Virus record (IMG/VR): IMGVR_UViG_3300024038_000025
Coordinates: 1 to 47,165 of that record
Source: a virus
Taxonomy: Duplodnaviria > Caudoviricetes
Length of the DNA stretch: 47,165 bases
Strand: one strand, 5' to 3'
The notes beneath the pieces were generated by a model that worked only from the letters and a program-made list of their open reading frames with translations, had not been told where the DNA came from and did no database searches. Shown here piece after piece: positions 9,801-18,793 of the stretch; position 1 is the stretch's first letter, and each line of letters opens with the position of its first letter. The position numbers and the translations under genes were made by a program.

Positions 9801-10498
9801 CGCGCCGCGTCCGCAACGACCGTCTCGGCCAGCACGGCGGCATTGCTCGCGGCCGTGTCGGACTGCGACGCGGGCGAGCCCTTGAAGTCGGATGCGAGGC
9901 GGTCCGACAGGCTGCACGCCATCACCTGCCGCTGGAACTCGGTGTAGGTCGAGCCGCTGGAGACGCCGAACGTGCGCACGCTCGTGGAAACCTCCGTGAC
10001 GCGGACGTACTGGCTGAACTCGGACGCCTGGCCGGCATTGCCCACGAGAAGCAGGGTCTGCCCGATGCGCGGGGCGGCAACGCCCACGCGGGCGATGATC
10101 TGCAGGGTCTGCTGGCCGGCATAGTGGTCTTCGAAGACCAGGCCCTGGAACTTCGGCCCACGCGCGAGGTAGCTCTCCATGCGGTTTCGAGCGGCGTCGC
10201 GGCGGTCGAACATGTCATTCGTGGAGAAGAGCGTGCATGAGACCAGGGGGTCGGCCGGAATCGCATCGACGATCGCGTTGCTACCGAAGAAGGTGTCGGT
10301 GTCGGGGGTGCGTACGGCCGCGAAGAGCTTGCGCATCGCGACGTTGCCGAAGATGCGATCGCGCTCGGCAATGTCGGGGAAGACGGCGTTCGAGGCGCCG
10401 TCTGCGATGACGTTGCCGGTAGCGGCACCGCCGCCTTCGGGCACGTCGTCCATGACTTGGCTCTTGAGCAGAGCGATGTCGGTTCCGAGGATGGTCAT
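6881..10498 (-). CDS. Large tail tip / central tail protein (1205 aa)
   Basis: Long ORF two genes after the TMP; repeated G-x-I-D/N-Y-x-T-G modules. Confidence 0.8.
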   Translation of the reverse strand: MTILGTDIALLKSQVMDDVPEGGGAATGNVIADGASNAVFPDIAERDRIFGNVAMRKLFAAVRTPDTDTFFGSNAIVDAIPADPLVSCTLFSTNDMFDRRDAARNRMESYLARGPKFQGLVFEDHYAGQQTLQIIARVGVAAPRIGQTLLLVGNAGQASEFSQYVRVTEVSTSVRTFGVSSGSTYTEFQRQVMACSLSDRLASDFKGSPASQSDTAASNAAVLAETVVADAARYYGAKPLAQAVEVGDLIAHVEGVYAQVVPSAQTDIPIADATPTSSVAALAAAANADVTINTSATWSPATALCVGGSIKPGSFKVVSGAATITDRGAALVTATGDQVGTIDYVNGVASLAAGGPTYAGAKTITYRPATAPLAPTQTKAISVTAENQSATLVLTLDPMPAPGTLRIAYMALGAWYELIDDGSGALRGLDSGYGAGSLSPSTGTATITLGALPDVGSAILVSWASNAGVKGIEGAQTATAYFEIDVGSPIMEAGVVVTWNDGAARTATEAGGTFSGDGTGTVDRAAGRVRISPNTLPPKGTAFHVSYKGGAPVSNIFMSGGSDGTTWSATFPAPIVRGTFRSQLPVTRKVTSEQTFNLVDQVALYNISDAPNGIGDSGTIYLQYEDGSQAPVGAINYTTGLVQFARTIASPVKVFRDAVVAPRTGIDGGQMWVVLGYATREQAGSIVGAAAITASYTTGAATPATKDVTPDTLQFRVPGDGSPLSAGNLIATLGTWTLRDAQSGVAVSSDLDPTTGSGAQRGTIDRDARLVALGDWLTVAPAVTVASALSKLAASKVSEIAFRTPVAPLRPGSFSITAQTAEGDTVSGTANADGVISGTRVSGSINYETGVGSVTFASSAGARTVTYPTYSAGVATGYNGYSGSGAVPAGTATATTSVGLVLADTIRFSAVGYAYLPLDAALIGINPVRLPTDGRVPIYRKGEAVVLHHTAKTAPQTVANGTTINCGRTRLSRVRVLGGDGVEIQSGFTEDLDAGTVTFVDVSGYHQPVAVQHRIEDALRVQDVQINGRLTFARAASHDYPEGALVSSALYFNDNGNLKARVSTLFDQQTWGNAWADAVTGSGAPASYNDVQYPLAVTNEGAISERWAVVFTNTTSFYVIGEHVGQIAVGNVSSDCAPLNPNNGKPYFTLAAAGWGSGWAAGNALRFNTVGALGVLWAVRTVQQGPATAQDDGFSIMVRGDIDRP

Positions 10499-10500
10499 GG

Positions 10501-10890
10501 TCAGACTTCCGTGAGTCTCAGGGTGACGATGTATTTCGCGGTGGAAGTGGGCACCGCGAGGCGGATGAGAGGCTTGGCGGTGATTGCAGACTCACCAGGG
10601 CGAAACGTGACATTGAAGGTGCGACCGTCTGCGAGCTCGAGTGCGTGCCGGGCGCCGGCCATGGCGGCCAGGTCGTAGAGATCCAGCAGCGTCTGGCGCT
10701 CAACCCAGCCTTGGTCGTTCTGACCTTCAAGGGTGATCGGACGTCCGGCCTGCTTCGCCGCTTCGTCGATCAGCAGGGCGCCGGTGATCGAGTAGTCGGA
10801 GGAGCGCTCGACCGACTGCCAGTCGAACTCGTCGATCCAAATGTGCTCGGCAGAAAGGGCAATGCCGCCCAAGGTATGAACGAGGGGCAT
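10501..10890 (-). CDS. Distal-tail-like minor tail protein
   Basis: WIDEFDW...ITGALLI...GRPITL pattern; immediately after the TMP. Confidence 0.75.
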   Translation of the reverse strand: MPLVHTLGGIALSAEHIWIDEFDWQSVERSSDYSITGALLIDEAAKQAGRPITLEGQNDQGWVERQTLLDLYDLAAMAGARHALELADGRTFNVTFRPGESAITAKPLIRLAVPTSTAKYIVTLRLTEV

Positions 10891-13800
10891 CAGGATCTCC
10901 GCTGGGCGGCTTGCAGCGCGGCGATGAGTGCGTCTTCAGCGCCCTCCTCCGCGTAGACCGTCGTAGTTCTCCCGCCGACGTTCAGATCAATCTGAACCGC
11001 GCGTCCAGGCTGCAGACCGAAGGCGTTCTGTCTCACGGAGGACTGGTTCGTGGTGCTCGCACCACCATCATCCTTGCCGCTGTCGGCGGGCTTTTGATTC
11101 GCATAGGCAAGGGCACGACTCTTCGCGCCTTCGACTGCACCGCCGTACTCGCGCGTATATGTCGTGGCTTCGACGGTGCCGCCGCCCCCCGCACCCAGCT
11201 GCTTCATGCGAGCTCTGAAGTCGGCGAGCGAGCCTTCCAGTTCCGTGCCGAAGCGATCGACAAATCGGTCGAGAGCATCGCCGCGAAGTCCAGCATCCAA
11301 GCCCACCTGGCGGTAGTCGATGGTGCTGGTCGACACGTCGCGCTTCACAAGCCCCGCGGCACGCTCGTCCGCGGTGAGGCCAGCGTCGAGCTCTTGGTTG
11401 CGGCTGGCGGACAGAGGATTGCGCCAGTCAGGGTTGAACTCGGGTCGATCCTTGAGCGAGCTATTCAGGCGATCCGATTCGTCAGCCGCGTCGCCCAAGC
11501 TGCCGCGGAGCTTGTCGGCCGTCTTCGCGCCTTCGCCCAACGAGGACACGATGGCTTTGCCGGCGGAGTCGGTCTTCAACTGCAGGCCGTACATGGCGGC
11601 CTGCGCCTGGATGGTGCTGGTAGCGACACCGCCGTTAGCGGTGATCGCGGCCTCGGCGTACTTCTGGAACGCCTGGCGCTGCTCCTGAAGCGTGGCGCCG
11701 CTGTTGCGGATGAGAGTGAAGGCCTCCTGATAGGCCTTAGCCGTCTTCTGGAGATCCGCCCTGCTCTGCATCCCGAGCGTCTTGAACGCCTCTGCCAGAG
11801 AGTTGATTCCGGGCGTGGCCGCGTCGGCCTTCTCGCGTATCGTGTCCAGCAGCCGTTCGGCGTCCTTCTGGGCCAGCCCGGCCTGCTTACCGATCGTGCC
11901 CACGAGTTCGGCAAGGCGCTCCAATTCCTCGGGGCTCTTTGCCTTTTCGATCGCCGTGGTCAGCATCTGCTCCAGCGCGACACCGGTGTTGATGCCCTTC
12001 GCACGCAGACTGTCGATGCTGCTCGCAAATACCTGCAGCTCGGCTTCGGCCGCGGCGAATTCCGAGCTGACGCCCTTGGTTGCCTTGGTGAGGTCTCCAC
12101 CAAGTGCGGTGATCGCACGCTCGCCAATCGCATCGAGGACCGGCGCGAGATTGGCTGCGGCAGCGCCCGCGTCTCCGAATGCTGCAATCGCCGCGCGCTG
12201 GAACTTCAGCAGCTCTTCGCCGGACAGCTTCGAGACCGCCGCGATCAGCTCGTCGCGGACGGCCGCAGCCGCCTTGCTTCCTTCCGCCGACATGCGGGCC
12301 AAGGCGGCGGCAGCCTCGTCGACGTTGCGTACCGTCGGCAGAATCGCGCCCAGTTTCTGGGCGATGCCGAGCAGCACGCCGTCCGCTGTTGCAGCTTTTT
12401 CCGCTAGCCCTCCGGCGGCTTGGGCAGCGCTTTGCAGCGCCTGCTGAGCCTGACCACCGGCCTCTTGTGCGTTCTTGCCGACGTCCTGCAGTGATTTGGC
12501 GGCACCGTCGGTCGCGGACGCGGCCTTGGCGGGCGCTTTCTCGGCGTCGTCCCACATTTCACCGAGGAGCTTTCGCGTTTCTTGCGTGCGCGCGTTGTAG
12601 TCGTCCCACGCTCGCTTCAGATCGCCTCCGCTCAATACCGCAGTGGCCGCATCCTTCAGCAGGCCAAGGCCATTGATGAGCTGAGCATAGAAGCCCGTGA
12701 TCGCGACACCCGCTTTGCGCGCCCAGGAGAAGTTCTCCTGCAACATCGTGCCGAGCTGCCAGCCGACCTCGAAGCCCGTAACGGCGACGCCGATGCTGAC
12801 CGTACGAGGCACTTTCGAAATGCTGGTCGACAGCAGATTGGTCGCCGCTGCCGCGGCCAGCGCTTCGATGGTGTAGGCACGCAGCGCACCCGCCGCCTGC
12901 ACAGCCAAGACAGCAACGATGACGGCACCTGCGCGGCTGGCGACACCGGCGATGGACTCCAGGTTGTTGGCCAGGGCGTTGATGCCTTCGGCGATCGTCG
13001 CCGTCGCGCCGGTGCTGTTGTTCAGGCTACCGACGAAGCTCATCCACTGCGTTTGCAGGTTGGTCACTGCCCGGCCGAGCGTTGGCGGCAGCTTCTCAAA
13101 CTCGGCGGCGATCGTCGCCGATTGGCCTTTGAGCGCCTCCAGCACGGTACGCGACGACAACGCGCCTTGCTGCGCAAGGGCACGCAGTTCGCCAACCGTG
13201 ACATGCAAGCCATCCGCGAGCGCCTGAGCCAAACGGGGGGACTGCTCCATGACCGAGTTGAACTCGTCCCCGCGCAGGACGCCGGCCTGAAGCCCCTGGA
13301 TGAGCTGTGTCAGCGCCGCGTCGCTCGCTTGCGCGCTTGCGCCGGACAACTGCACCGCTTGGTTGATCGTCTGAACGAGCTTGAGTGCGTCGGAACTGCT
13401 GACGCCGAATTGCTTGCCAGCTGTAGCGACGCGTGCGAACAACTCTCCGGTCGACTCCAGCGAACTGTTGGTCGCTAGCGCGACTTCGTGCACGCCCTGC
13501 CACGCGGCATCGAACGCCTTCCCCTCGCCTGTCACAAGGCGGATGCGCGCTGCCAGATTGTTGTAGGCGTCGGCCGTTTCGACTGCGTCGCGGATCAGGT
13601 TGGTACCGATGTTGATGCCGGCCACGGCCCCGATTGCGCCTGCGACGCCGCGCAGCGAAATCCCGATCTCGTCGATCGAGGATGCTGCAGCCTTGTTGGC
13701 GCCGGACTGGGCCTGCGCACCGGCGCGAGCAGCCGAGCCGACTTCGGCGTATTCCGTCTTGAGTGCGGCGAGTCGCTCTTCGACGGACTGAACTTCGGTA

Positions 13801-14252
13801 CGCAGAGTGCGGTCAGCCTCGGCGAGGGCCTTTGTCGATATGCCGGCTGCGTTCAGGTCGGCCCGCAGCGCAATCAGCGTGCGGTCCTTGATCTCGAATT
13901 CCGTGCGCGCAAGTCGCGCCGCGGATTTGGCCTTTTCGAAATCCGCCGCCAAGGCTCGTGTCGGCGTCTCGGCGCTGCGCATCTCACGCGCGAGGCTGGC
14001 AACCTTTGATTGCGCTTGGTCCGCCGCGACACTCGCCTCTTGCGTCTCTCTCTTGAGCGCCGAGAACCGCTCCACGAGCGACTGCTGACCTGCAATCGAG
14101 CGCAGTTCACCGGCGAGCGCCTGGAACTTCGGAGCTGCCTCGCCACCTTCGGCAGAGAGCTTGTCGATCTCCTGAACCAAGGCGGAGATCTTGTCGACGC
14201 CTTCGGTTTCAGAGCGGATGCGGACTGTGATGTCCCGGGTGTCGCCGGACAT
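10890..14252 (-). CDS. Tail tape measure protein (1120 aa)
   Basis: Ala-rich helical protein with tape-measure motif GVLRGDEFNSVMEQSPRLAQALA. Confidence 0.95.
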   Translation of the reverse strand: MSGDTRDITVRIRSETEGVDKISALVQEIDKLSAEGGEAAPKFQALAGELRSIAGQQSLVERFSALKRETQEASVAADQAQSKVASLAREMRSAETPTRALAADFEKAKSAARLARTEFEIKDRTLIALRADLNAAGISTKALAEADRTLRTEVQSVEERLAALKTEYAEVGSAARAGAQAQSGANKAAASSIDEIGISLRGVAGAIGAVAGINIGTNLIRDAVETADAYNNLAARIRLVTGEGKAFDAAWQGVHEVALATNSSLESTGELFARVATAGKQFGVSSSDALKLVQTINQAVQLSGASAQASDAALTQLIQGLQAGVLRGDEFNSVMEQSPRLAQALADGLHVTVGELRALAQQGALSSRTVLEALKGQSATIAAEFEKLPPTLGRAVTNLQTQWMSFVGSLNNSTGATATIAEGINALANNLESIAGVASRAGAVIVAVLAVQAAGALRAYTIEALAAAAATNLLSTSISKVPRTVSIGVAVTGFEVGWQLGTMLQENFSWARKAGVAITGFYAQLINGLGLLKDAATAVLSGGDLKRAWDDYNARTQETRKLLGEMWDDAEKAPAKAASATDGAAKSLQDVGKNAQEAGGQAQQALQSAAQAAGGLAEKAATADGVLLGIAQKLGAILPTVRNVDEAAAALARMSAEGSKAAAAVRDELIAAVSKLSGEELLKFQRAAIAAFGDAGAAAANLAPVLDAIGERAITALGGDLTKATKGVSSEFAAAEAELQVFASSIDSLRAKGINTGVALEQMLTTAIEKAKSPEELERLAELVGTIGKQAGLAQKDAERLLDTIREKADAATPGINSLAEAFKTLGMQSRADLQKTAKAYQEAFTLIRNSGATLQEQRQAFQKYAEAAITANGGVATSTIQAQAAMYGLQLKTDSAGKAIVSSLGEGAKTADKLRGSLGDAADESDRLNSSLKDRPEFNPDWRNPLSASRNQELDAGLTADERAAGLVKRDVSTSTIDYRQVGLDAGLRGDALDRFVDRFGTELEGSLADFRARMKQLGAGGGGTVEATTYTREYGGAVEGAKSRALAYANQKPADSGKDDGGASTTNQSSVRQNAFGLQPGRAVQIDLNVGGRTTTVYAEEGAEDALIAALQAAQRRS

Positions 14253-14311
14253 TGCTCGGGTAGCGCCTCAGGAGATGAAGAGATGCGCGGCGCCCTGCGC
14301 CGCGCGCAGCA

Positions 14312-15088
14312 TCAGGCGACCGGACGGCCGTCGATGTAGATGGCTTCGCCGTTCGCCGGCTTGAGGACTTCCAGGGAGAACTTCATCTGCACGAAGTCCG
14401 TGCCCTCAGCGATGACCGGCAGATCACCGGAAGGGGTGAGCGAGACTTTGGGCATGTAGTAGTCGCGCGACTCGCCCGAGGCGTTATCGGAGACGACGCG
14501 AAGCGCACCGCTCAACTCGCTGGCGGACCCCGTCTTGATGCGGCGCCAGGTCGCGGCCGGCCGTTGATACGAAACCTTGATGCCGAACGACTCAGCACCG
14601 GCGAGGATCTGCAGACGGCCAAGCGCGAGGTCCGCCTCGTAGTCCGTACCAGCCGCAAGCGTGCTCGCCCCGTCCGCCGACTTCACGACGAGACTGGTGA
14701 TGTTCCGGACCCCAGCCGGGTTCGATTCGGTCTTGCCAAGCTGGTAGTGCCGGCCAGGACGCACGGTGAGCGCCTCGTCGGTGACTGCTCCGGACGCCTG
14801 CTCGACGTCCTCGACGGAGCCGGACAGGAAGTACGCCAGGTTCTCGGGAGTGATGTTGTCGCAGGTGATTTCGCCGCTGCGATTCACCTCCACCACGACC
14901 GACTTGTCCTTTTGGCGGAGCCCAGTCTTAGAGCTGAAGTGATCGCTCTTGGTGGTCTCGATGGAGACGGTCACTCCGGGGCAGTTGCCCAAGGGCTGTT
15001 CGCCCGTGTTCACACCGGCGACTTCGGGGTCGAAGAACACCCGACCACGCGGGATGGTGAGCTGGTCCTCGTCGTACTTCAGGGACAT
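14312..15088 (-). CDS. Major tail tube protein
   Basis: PRGRVFF, LGNCPGV and LTPSGDLP motifs; upstream of the TMP; no sheath gene, so siphoviral. Confidence 0.85.
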   Translation of the reverse strand: MSLKYDEDQLTIPRGRVFFDPEVAGVNTGEQPLGNCPGVTVSIETTKSDHFSSKTGLRQKDKSVVVEVNRSGEITCDNITPENLAYFLSGSVEDVEQASGAVTDEALTVRPGRHYQLGKTESNPAGVRNITSLVVKSADGASTLAAGTDYEADLALGRLQILAGAESFGIKVSYQRPAATWRRIKTGSASELSGALRVVSDNASGESRDYYMPKVSLTPSGDLPVIAEGTDFVQMKFSLEVLKPANGEAIYIDGRPVA

Positions 15089-15097
15089 GGTCGTCTC

Positions 15098-15508
15098 CTA
15101 GGGCTTTCCGTTGTAGATGGAGGCGGTCTGAAAGAGCACGGCGTACTCGAGCAGACCTTGTTCAAGCGAATCGGGCGTGCCGACCGCGGCCAGCCGGAAC
15201 GGCGACCATTGGCGATCAGCGACTTTGGGCGGTGCCCAGTTGAGGAGCGAGGCGATGACGGCCGCGAAGGCGGCGTCCAGTTGGTCGGTCGCCCCGTCCC
15301 CGCGTTCGACAACCAAGTGAATCGCCCAGCGGACGGCCACGTTTGCGGCCGTTGCCTTGCTGTCGCCGACGCCTGCGCCGTCGAGGCGGACGACAACGGA
15401 GGGCGCCACCCTCGCAGAGACGAGCTCTGAACCCCGACGCACCGACCAGTCCGCGAGCTCAGCGCACTGTGCAAGCTGCTCGGCGATCAACCGCTCCAGA
15501 GCAAACAT
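15098..15508 (-). CDS. Tail terminator-like protein
   Basis: 136 aa gene between the head-tail joining gene and the tail tube gene. Confidence 0.65.
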   Translation of the reverse strand: MFALERLIAEQLAQCAELADWSVRRGSELVSARVAPSVVVRLDGAGVGDSKATAANVAVRWAIHLVVERGDGATDQLDAAFAAVIASLLNWAPPKVADRQWSPFRLAAVGTPDSLEQGLLEYAVLFQTASIYNGKP

Positions 15509-15816
15509 CAGCGAACCTCGCAGACGACAACGACAGCCTCGTAGGCGTCGATGCGGTCAGGATCGGTCTGCACCAGGTGCGGTGCCTCGTCGATGACGAT
15601 GCGGGTTCCCGGCACAAGGTCGGGGGCGTCCGAGAGCAGATAGCGGAGGGTGAGATCGCCCACCGTTGCCGTGCCCTCGAACGCGTTGATGTCGCGCACG
15701 CCCAATCGCGCAACGAAGGGGGCGGCCTCACCTACCTGCACAACGACGTTGCCGCAACGGCGCGTCGTCAGGCGGGCCAGCCGTTCTTCGAGGGCTGCGA
15801 AGGGCCCGCTGATCAC
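15508..15816 (-). CDS. Head-tail joining protein (lambda FII-like)
   Basis: Size and position after the capsid gene; beta-rich. Confidence 0.6.
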   Translation of the reverse strand: MISGPFAALEERLARLTTRRCGNVVVQVGEAAPFVARLGVRDINAFEGTATVGDLTLRYLLSDAPDLVPGTRIVIDEAPHLVQTDPDRIDAYEAVVVVCEVR

Positions 15817-16043
15817 GACTGGCCGCCTGCGCTGGCCTGGCCACTCGCGCCTTCGCCGCTCGTGCCACCGCTGGCGGACTTCGGCGCTTCAGGCGCGGCG
15901 CCCAGGCGCTCCGCGTGTCCACGCGCGATCAGCTCGTCGAGATCGACGCCGACGAGCTCTTTCTTGTCGTACTCACCCGGCGGCAAATGCTTGGTCTCGC
16001 CGGGGGCGCCGAGGCGGATCGTCACTGAGGTTCGAACTTTCAT
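15813..16043 (-). CDS. Small capsid-adjacent protein (FI-position)
   Basis: ELIARGHAERL motif, directly after the capsid gene, AAGGG RBS. Confidence 0.6.
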   Translation of the reverse strand: MKVRTSVTIRLGAPGETKHLPPGEYDKKELVGVDLDELIARGHAERLGAAPEAPKSASGGTSGEGASGQASAGGQS

Positions 16044-16053
16044 GACGTTCCCC

Positions 16054-17067
16054 TTAGTTCACCGTGGCGCAGAAGCTGGCGTTGACCCGGTACGGCACGG
16101 TCAGCGGCGCGGACTGCATCAGGAGCATGCGGACACCCGGATCCTTTTCGATCCAGCTCTTCACGAAATACGGCAGGGCTTGCAGTCCGGCCTCTTCGTC
16201 GAGGATGGCGCCATAGGCACGCACGCCATCCAGATCAGGGCTCGTGAGCAGCACAGTGAAGGGCGGCAGATACGGCGTGCTGCCGGCACCGTCCGGGTCT
16301 TCGTACCAGCCGGCGAAGACGTAGATGTCGAAGTCGCCGATGGAGCCCATGTATCGACCGCCCTCGCCCACGACAGTGGGGTGCAGCGCATCGCGCCCAC
16401 GGAAGCGATCGAGCAGTTCCTTGACATCCGGATCCGCCGCAAACAGCGCGTACGCATCTGCAGTCATGGTGACGACGGTCGGCGCCGTGCCCGACTTCTG
16501 CGTGACGAGGAGAGACCAGTCCTGCAGGTCCTGCAGCGGCTTGACGCCGCTTTGGCCCCAGCGGTTGGCGCCACTGAGGGCGACAGTCAGCGCGGGATCG
16601 CGCCCGAAGTTCACCTGCGTGGTCGGATACTGGTCGCCAGTGATGGTGACGGCACCGGTGGTCAGCACCTTGGCCGCCATCCACTCCAGGCGGCGAGTGA
16701 GCATGTCGACCTGGTCGGCGAGGCTGCGCGCCAGGTTGAGCTGGATGCGCTGCTCGGGCGAGAGGTTGCCACCGATAGCCTCACCGATCGTGCGCTTGAG
16801 CGCGGCACTGGGAAGGAAGCGGCGCTTGTCCTTCACGTACGCGGGCTTGAAGCTCTTGGTCTGGAAGCCGCGGTTCTCGACGACCTTACCCGCCACGACC
16901 GGCGACACGAACGGCGCGAGACGGCGCTTGCCGTTGTCGACGTCGAAGTAGATCTCTTCGGTCGTCGAACGCTGTTCTTCGCGAAAGAAGCTGTTGAGCA
17001 GGAACGGCGTCGGGGGCGGCAATTCGGCGACCACGCGCGCCAGGATCACCGTGCTGAAGATATCCAT
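16054..17067 (-). CDS. Major capsid protein, lambda gpE family
   Basis: LAPFVSP, FKPAYVKDK, RRLEWMAA and MQSAPL motifs. Confidence 0.95.
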   Translation of the reverse strand: MDIFSTVILARVVAELPPPTPFLLNSFFREEQRSTTEEIYFDVDNGKRRLAPFVSPVVAGKVVENRGFQTKSFKPAYVKDKRRFLPSAALKRTIGEAIGGNLSPEQRIQLNLARSLADQVDMLTRRLEWMAAKVLTTGAVTITGDQYPTTQVNFGRDPALTVALSGANRWGQSGVKPLQDLQDWSLLVTQKSGTAPTVVTMTADAYALFAADPDVKELLDRFRGRDALHPTVVGEGGRYMGSIGDFDIYVFAGWYEDPDGAGSTPYLPPFTVLLTSPDLDGVRAYGAILDEEAGLQALPYFVKSWIEKDPGVRMLLMQSAPLTVPYRVNASFCATVN

Positions 17068-17080
17068 GTCCTGAACTCCT

Positions 17081-17455
17081 TTAGGCGGGGACGGTGTTGA
17101 TGATCACGATGCCCTTGGCGCGCAGGCCTTCGGCGATCGAACTGGCGGTATGCGAGGCACCAAGCGTCAGCGCGCCCGCGGCAAAGTCGCCGCGCGAATA
17201 GGCGACCGTGGATTTGTCGCCGCCGGACGCGTCGCAGGCTTCGGCCAGCACCAGGTCCGGCGTCTGCGAGCCATCGCTCGCACCGGACGTGCTAAGCACG
17301 TATTTGCCGCTTGCAGTGACCTTGCCCAGCACTGCGCCGCGCGACAGGTTCTGACCCGACGCCAGCGTGATCTGCCGGCTCACGAGCAAGTGCGCGTTGC
17401 CGACGATCAAGGTGTCGGGCGTGAAGGTGCCCTCGGTCTTGAAGGAAGCGCTCAT
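17081..17455 (-). CDS. Head decoration protein (gpD family)
   Basis: RGAVLGKVTASGKY and DGSQTP motifs; precedes the capsid gene. Confidence 0.9.
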   Translation of the reverse strand: MSASFKTEGTFTPDTLIVGNAHLLVSRQITLASGQNLSRGAVLGKVTASGKYVLSTSGASDGSQTPDLVLAEACDASGGDKSTVAYSRGDFAAGALTLGASHTASSIAEGLRAKGIVIINTVPA

Positions 17456-17467
17456 GTGCGGCCTCGC

Positions 17468-17866
17468 TTATCGGTTGGCCCGGAACAGGCCGACAATGTT
17501 GTCGGCGAGCTGGGTTTCGGTTTCGGGTTCAGCGGCGCCGGCGTCCGGCTCCACTTTCGGGTTGCCCGCAGCGGACATCGCCGCGGCAAATGCGCTACTG
17601 GACGAGGCGCCTTCGGCCGGCGATGCGGCGAGCAGCGCCGTGGCTTGCTCGAGCGAGACGCCGAGCGCGACACACTTCTGAGCCAGGGACGGACGGGACT
17701 TGGCGTCCGCCAGGCTGAGGATCGCGGCAGTGCGTTCACGCTCCTGCGTGGCGCCAGCCTTTACCCCTTCGGCATGGCCTTCGAGACGTGCGCGGTCGAT
17801 ATCCGTTTGCGTCAGCGCCGGGTTGCGGGGGCTCGGGGTGCCGCCCTCTTGTTGCGGGTCACTCAT
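17468..17866 (-). CDS. Nested in-frame scaffold protein (Nu3-like)
   Basis: Internal ATG 17866 (MSDPQQ) preceded by AGAAAGGA RBS, in frame with the protease. Confidence 0.65.
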   Translation of the reverse strand: MSDPQQEGGTPSPRNPALTQTDIDRARLEGHAEGVKAGATQERERTAAILSLADAKSRPSLAQKCVALGVSLEQATALLAASPAEGASSSSAFAAAMSAAGNPKVEPDAGAAEPETETQLADNIVGLFRANR

Positions 17867-18793
17867 CTGTGCATTCCTTTCTGAGTGGGTGGTGCGGACG
17901 GCTGCCCGCGGAGAACGCGAAGCGCTCGCACGCACGCGCAGGTCATTGATCATTTGGTCGGCCGTCGTCACGCGATCGGCGAGTCCGGCATCAACGGCCG
18001 CCTGGCCGCGGTAGACGGAGGCCTCAGTCGCGCGAACCGCAGCCACATCCATGCCGCGGTTGCGCGCAACGGATTCGACGAAGAGTTCGTAGATGCCTTC
18101 GATCTCGGCCTGTATGGAGGCCCGGGCCGCTTCGGGGAGCGGTTCGTAGGGGTTGCCCAGTACCTTGTTGGCACCGGCGTAGACCTGCGTGACGCGGTAG
18201 CCTTCGTTGGCAATCGCTTGCGACATGTCGACGTGGCGCATCACCACGCCGACGCTGCCGGCGTAGCCGGTCTGCGTGACGGCCATTTCGTCAGCCGCCG
18301 AGCCGATGAGGTAGCCAGCGCTGGCTGCCATGTCGCCCGCGATTGCGCCGATCGGCTTGATCCCGCGCCGCGCATAGATCTGGTCGGAGAGGTCGAAGGC
18401 GCCCGAAACCTCGCCGCCCGGCGTCTCCATGAGAAGCAGGACAGCGACCACTTCCGGGTCGCCAAGCGCGGCATCGAGACGCCGGGCCACATCCTGATAG
18501 CCGAGGACGTAGCTGGAATCGGCCTCCATGCGACCGCGGTGGGCCAAGAGGCCGAACACGTCGACGACGGCCACGCCGTCGACCACGCGGTAGCCGGCGT
18601 CGGCGTAGGCACCACGGGCGGTGGTGAAGAGTTCGGCGCCCTCGCTGGGCGCTGCGTTCACCGATAGATGGATTGCGCCATCAGCCCCGAGCAGGCGCCC
18701 GCCGAGGCCGGCGAGCATGGCGTCCAGCTTGGCCGGATGAACCAACAACGGTGTGTTGAAAACGCGCGCGGCGAGATGGGGGTAGTGCTTCAT
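17468..18793 (-). CDS. S49 prohead protease / scaffold (gpC-like)
   Basis: TPGGEVSG, AASAGYLIGSAAD and GSVGV motifs. Confidence 0.93.
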   Translation of the reverse strand: MKHYPHLAARVFNTPLLVHPAKLDAMLAGLGGRLLGADGAIHLSVNAAPSEGAELFTTARGAYADAGYRVVDGVAVVDVFGLLAHRGRMEADSSYVLGYQDVARRLDAALGDPEVVAVLLLMETPGGEVSGAFDLSDQIYARRGIKPIGAIAGDMAASAGYLIGSAADEMAVTQTGYAGSVGVVMRHVDMSQAIANEGYRVTQVYAGANKVLGNPYEPLPEAARASIQAEIEGIYELFVESVARNRGMDVAAVRATEASVYRGQAAVDAGLADRVTTADQMINDLRVRASASRSPRAAVRTTHSERNAQMSDPQQEGGTPSPRNPALTQTDIDRARLEGHAEGVKAGATQERERTAAILSLADAKSRPSLAQKCVALGVSLEQATALLAASPAEGASSSSAFAAAMSAAGNPKVEPDAGAAEPETETQLADNIVGLFRANR

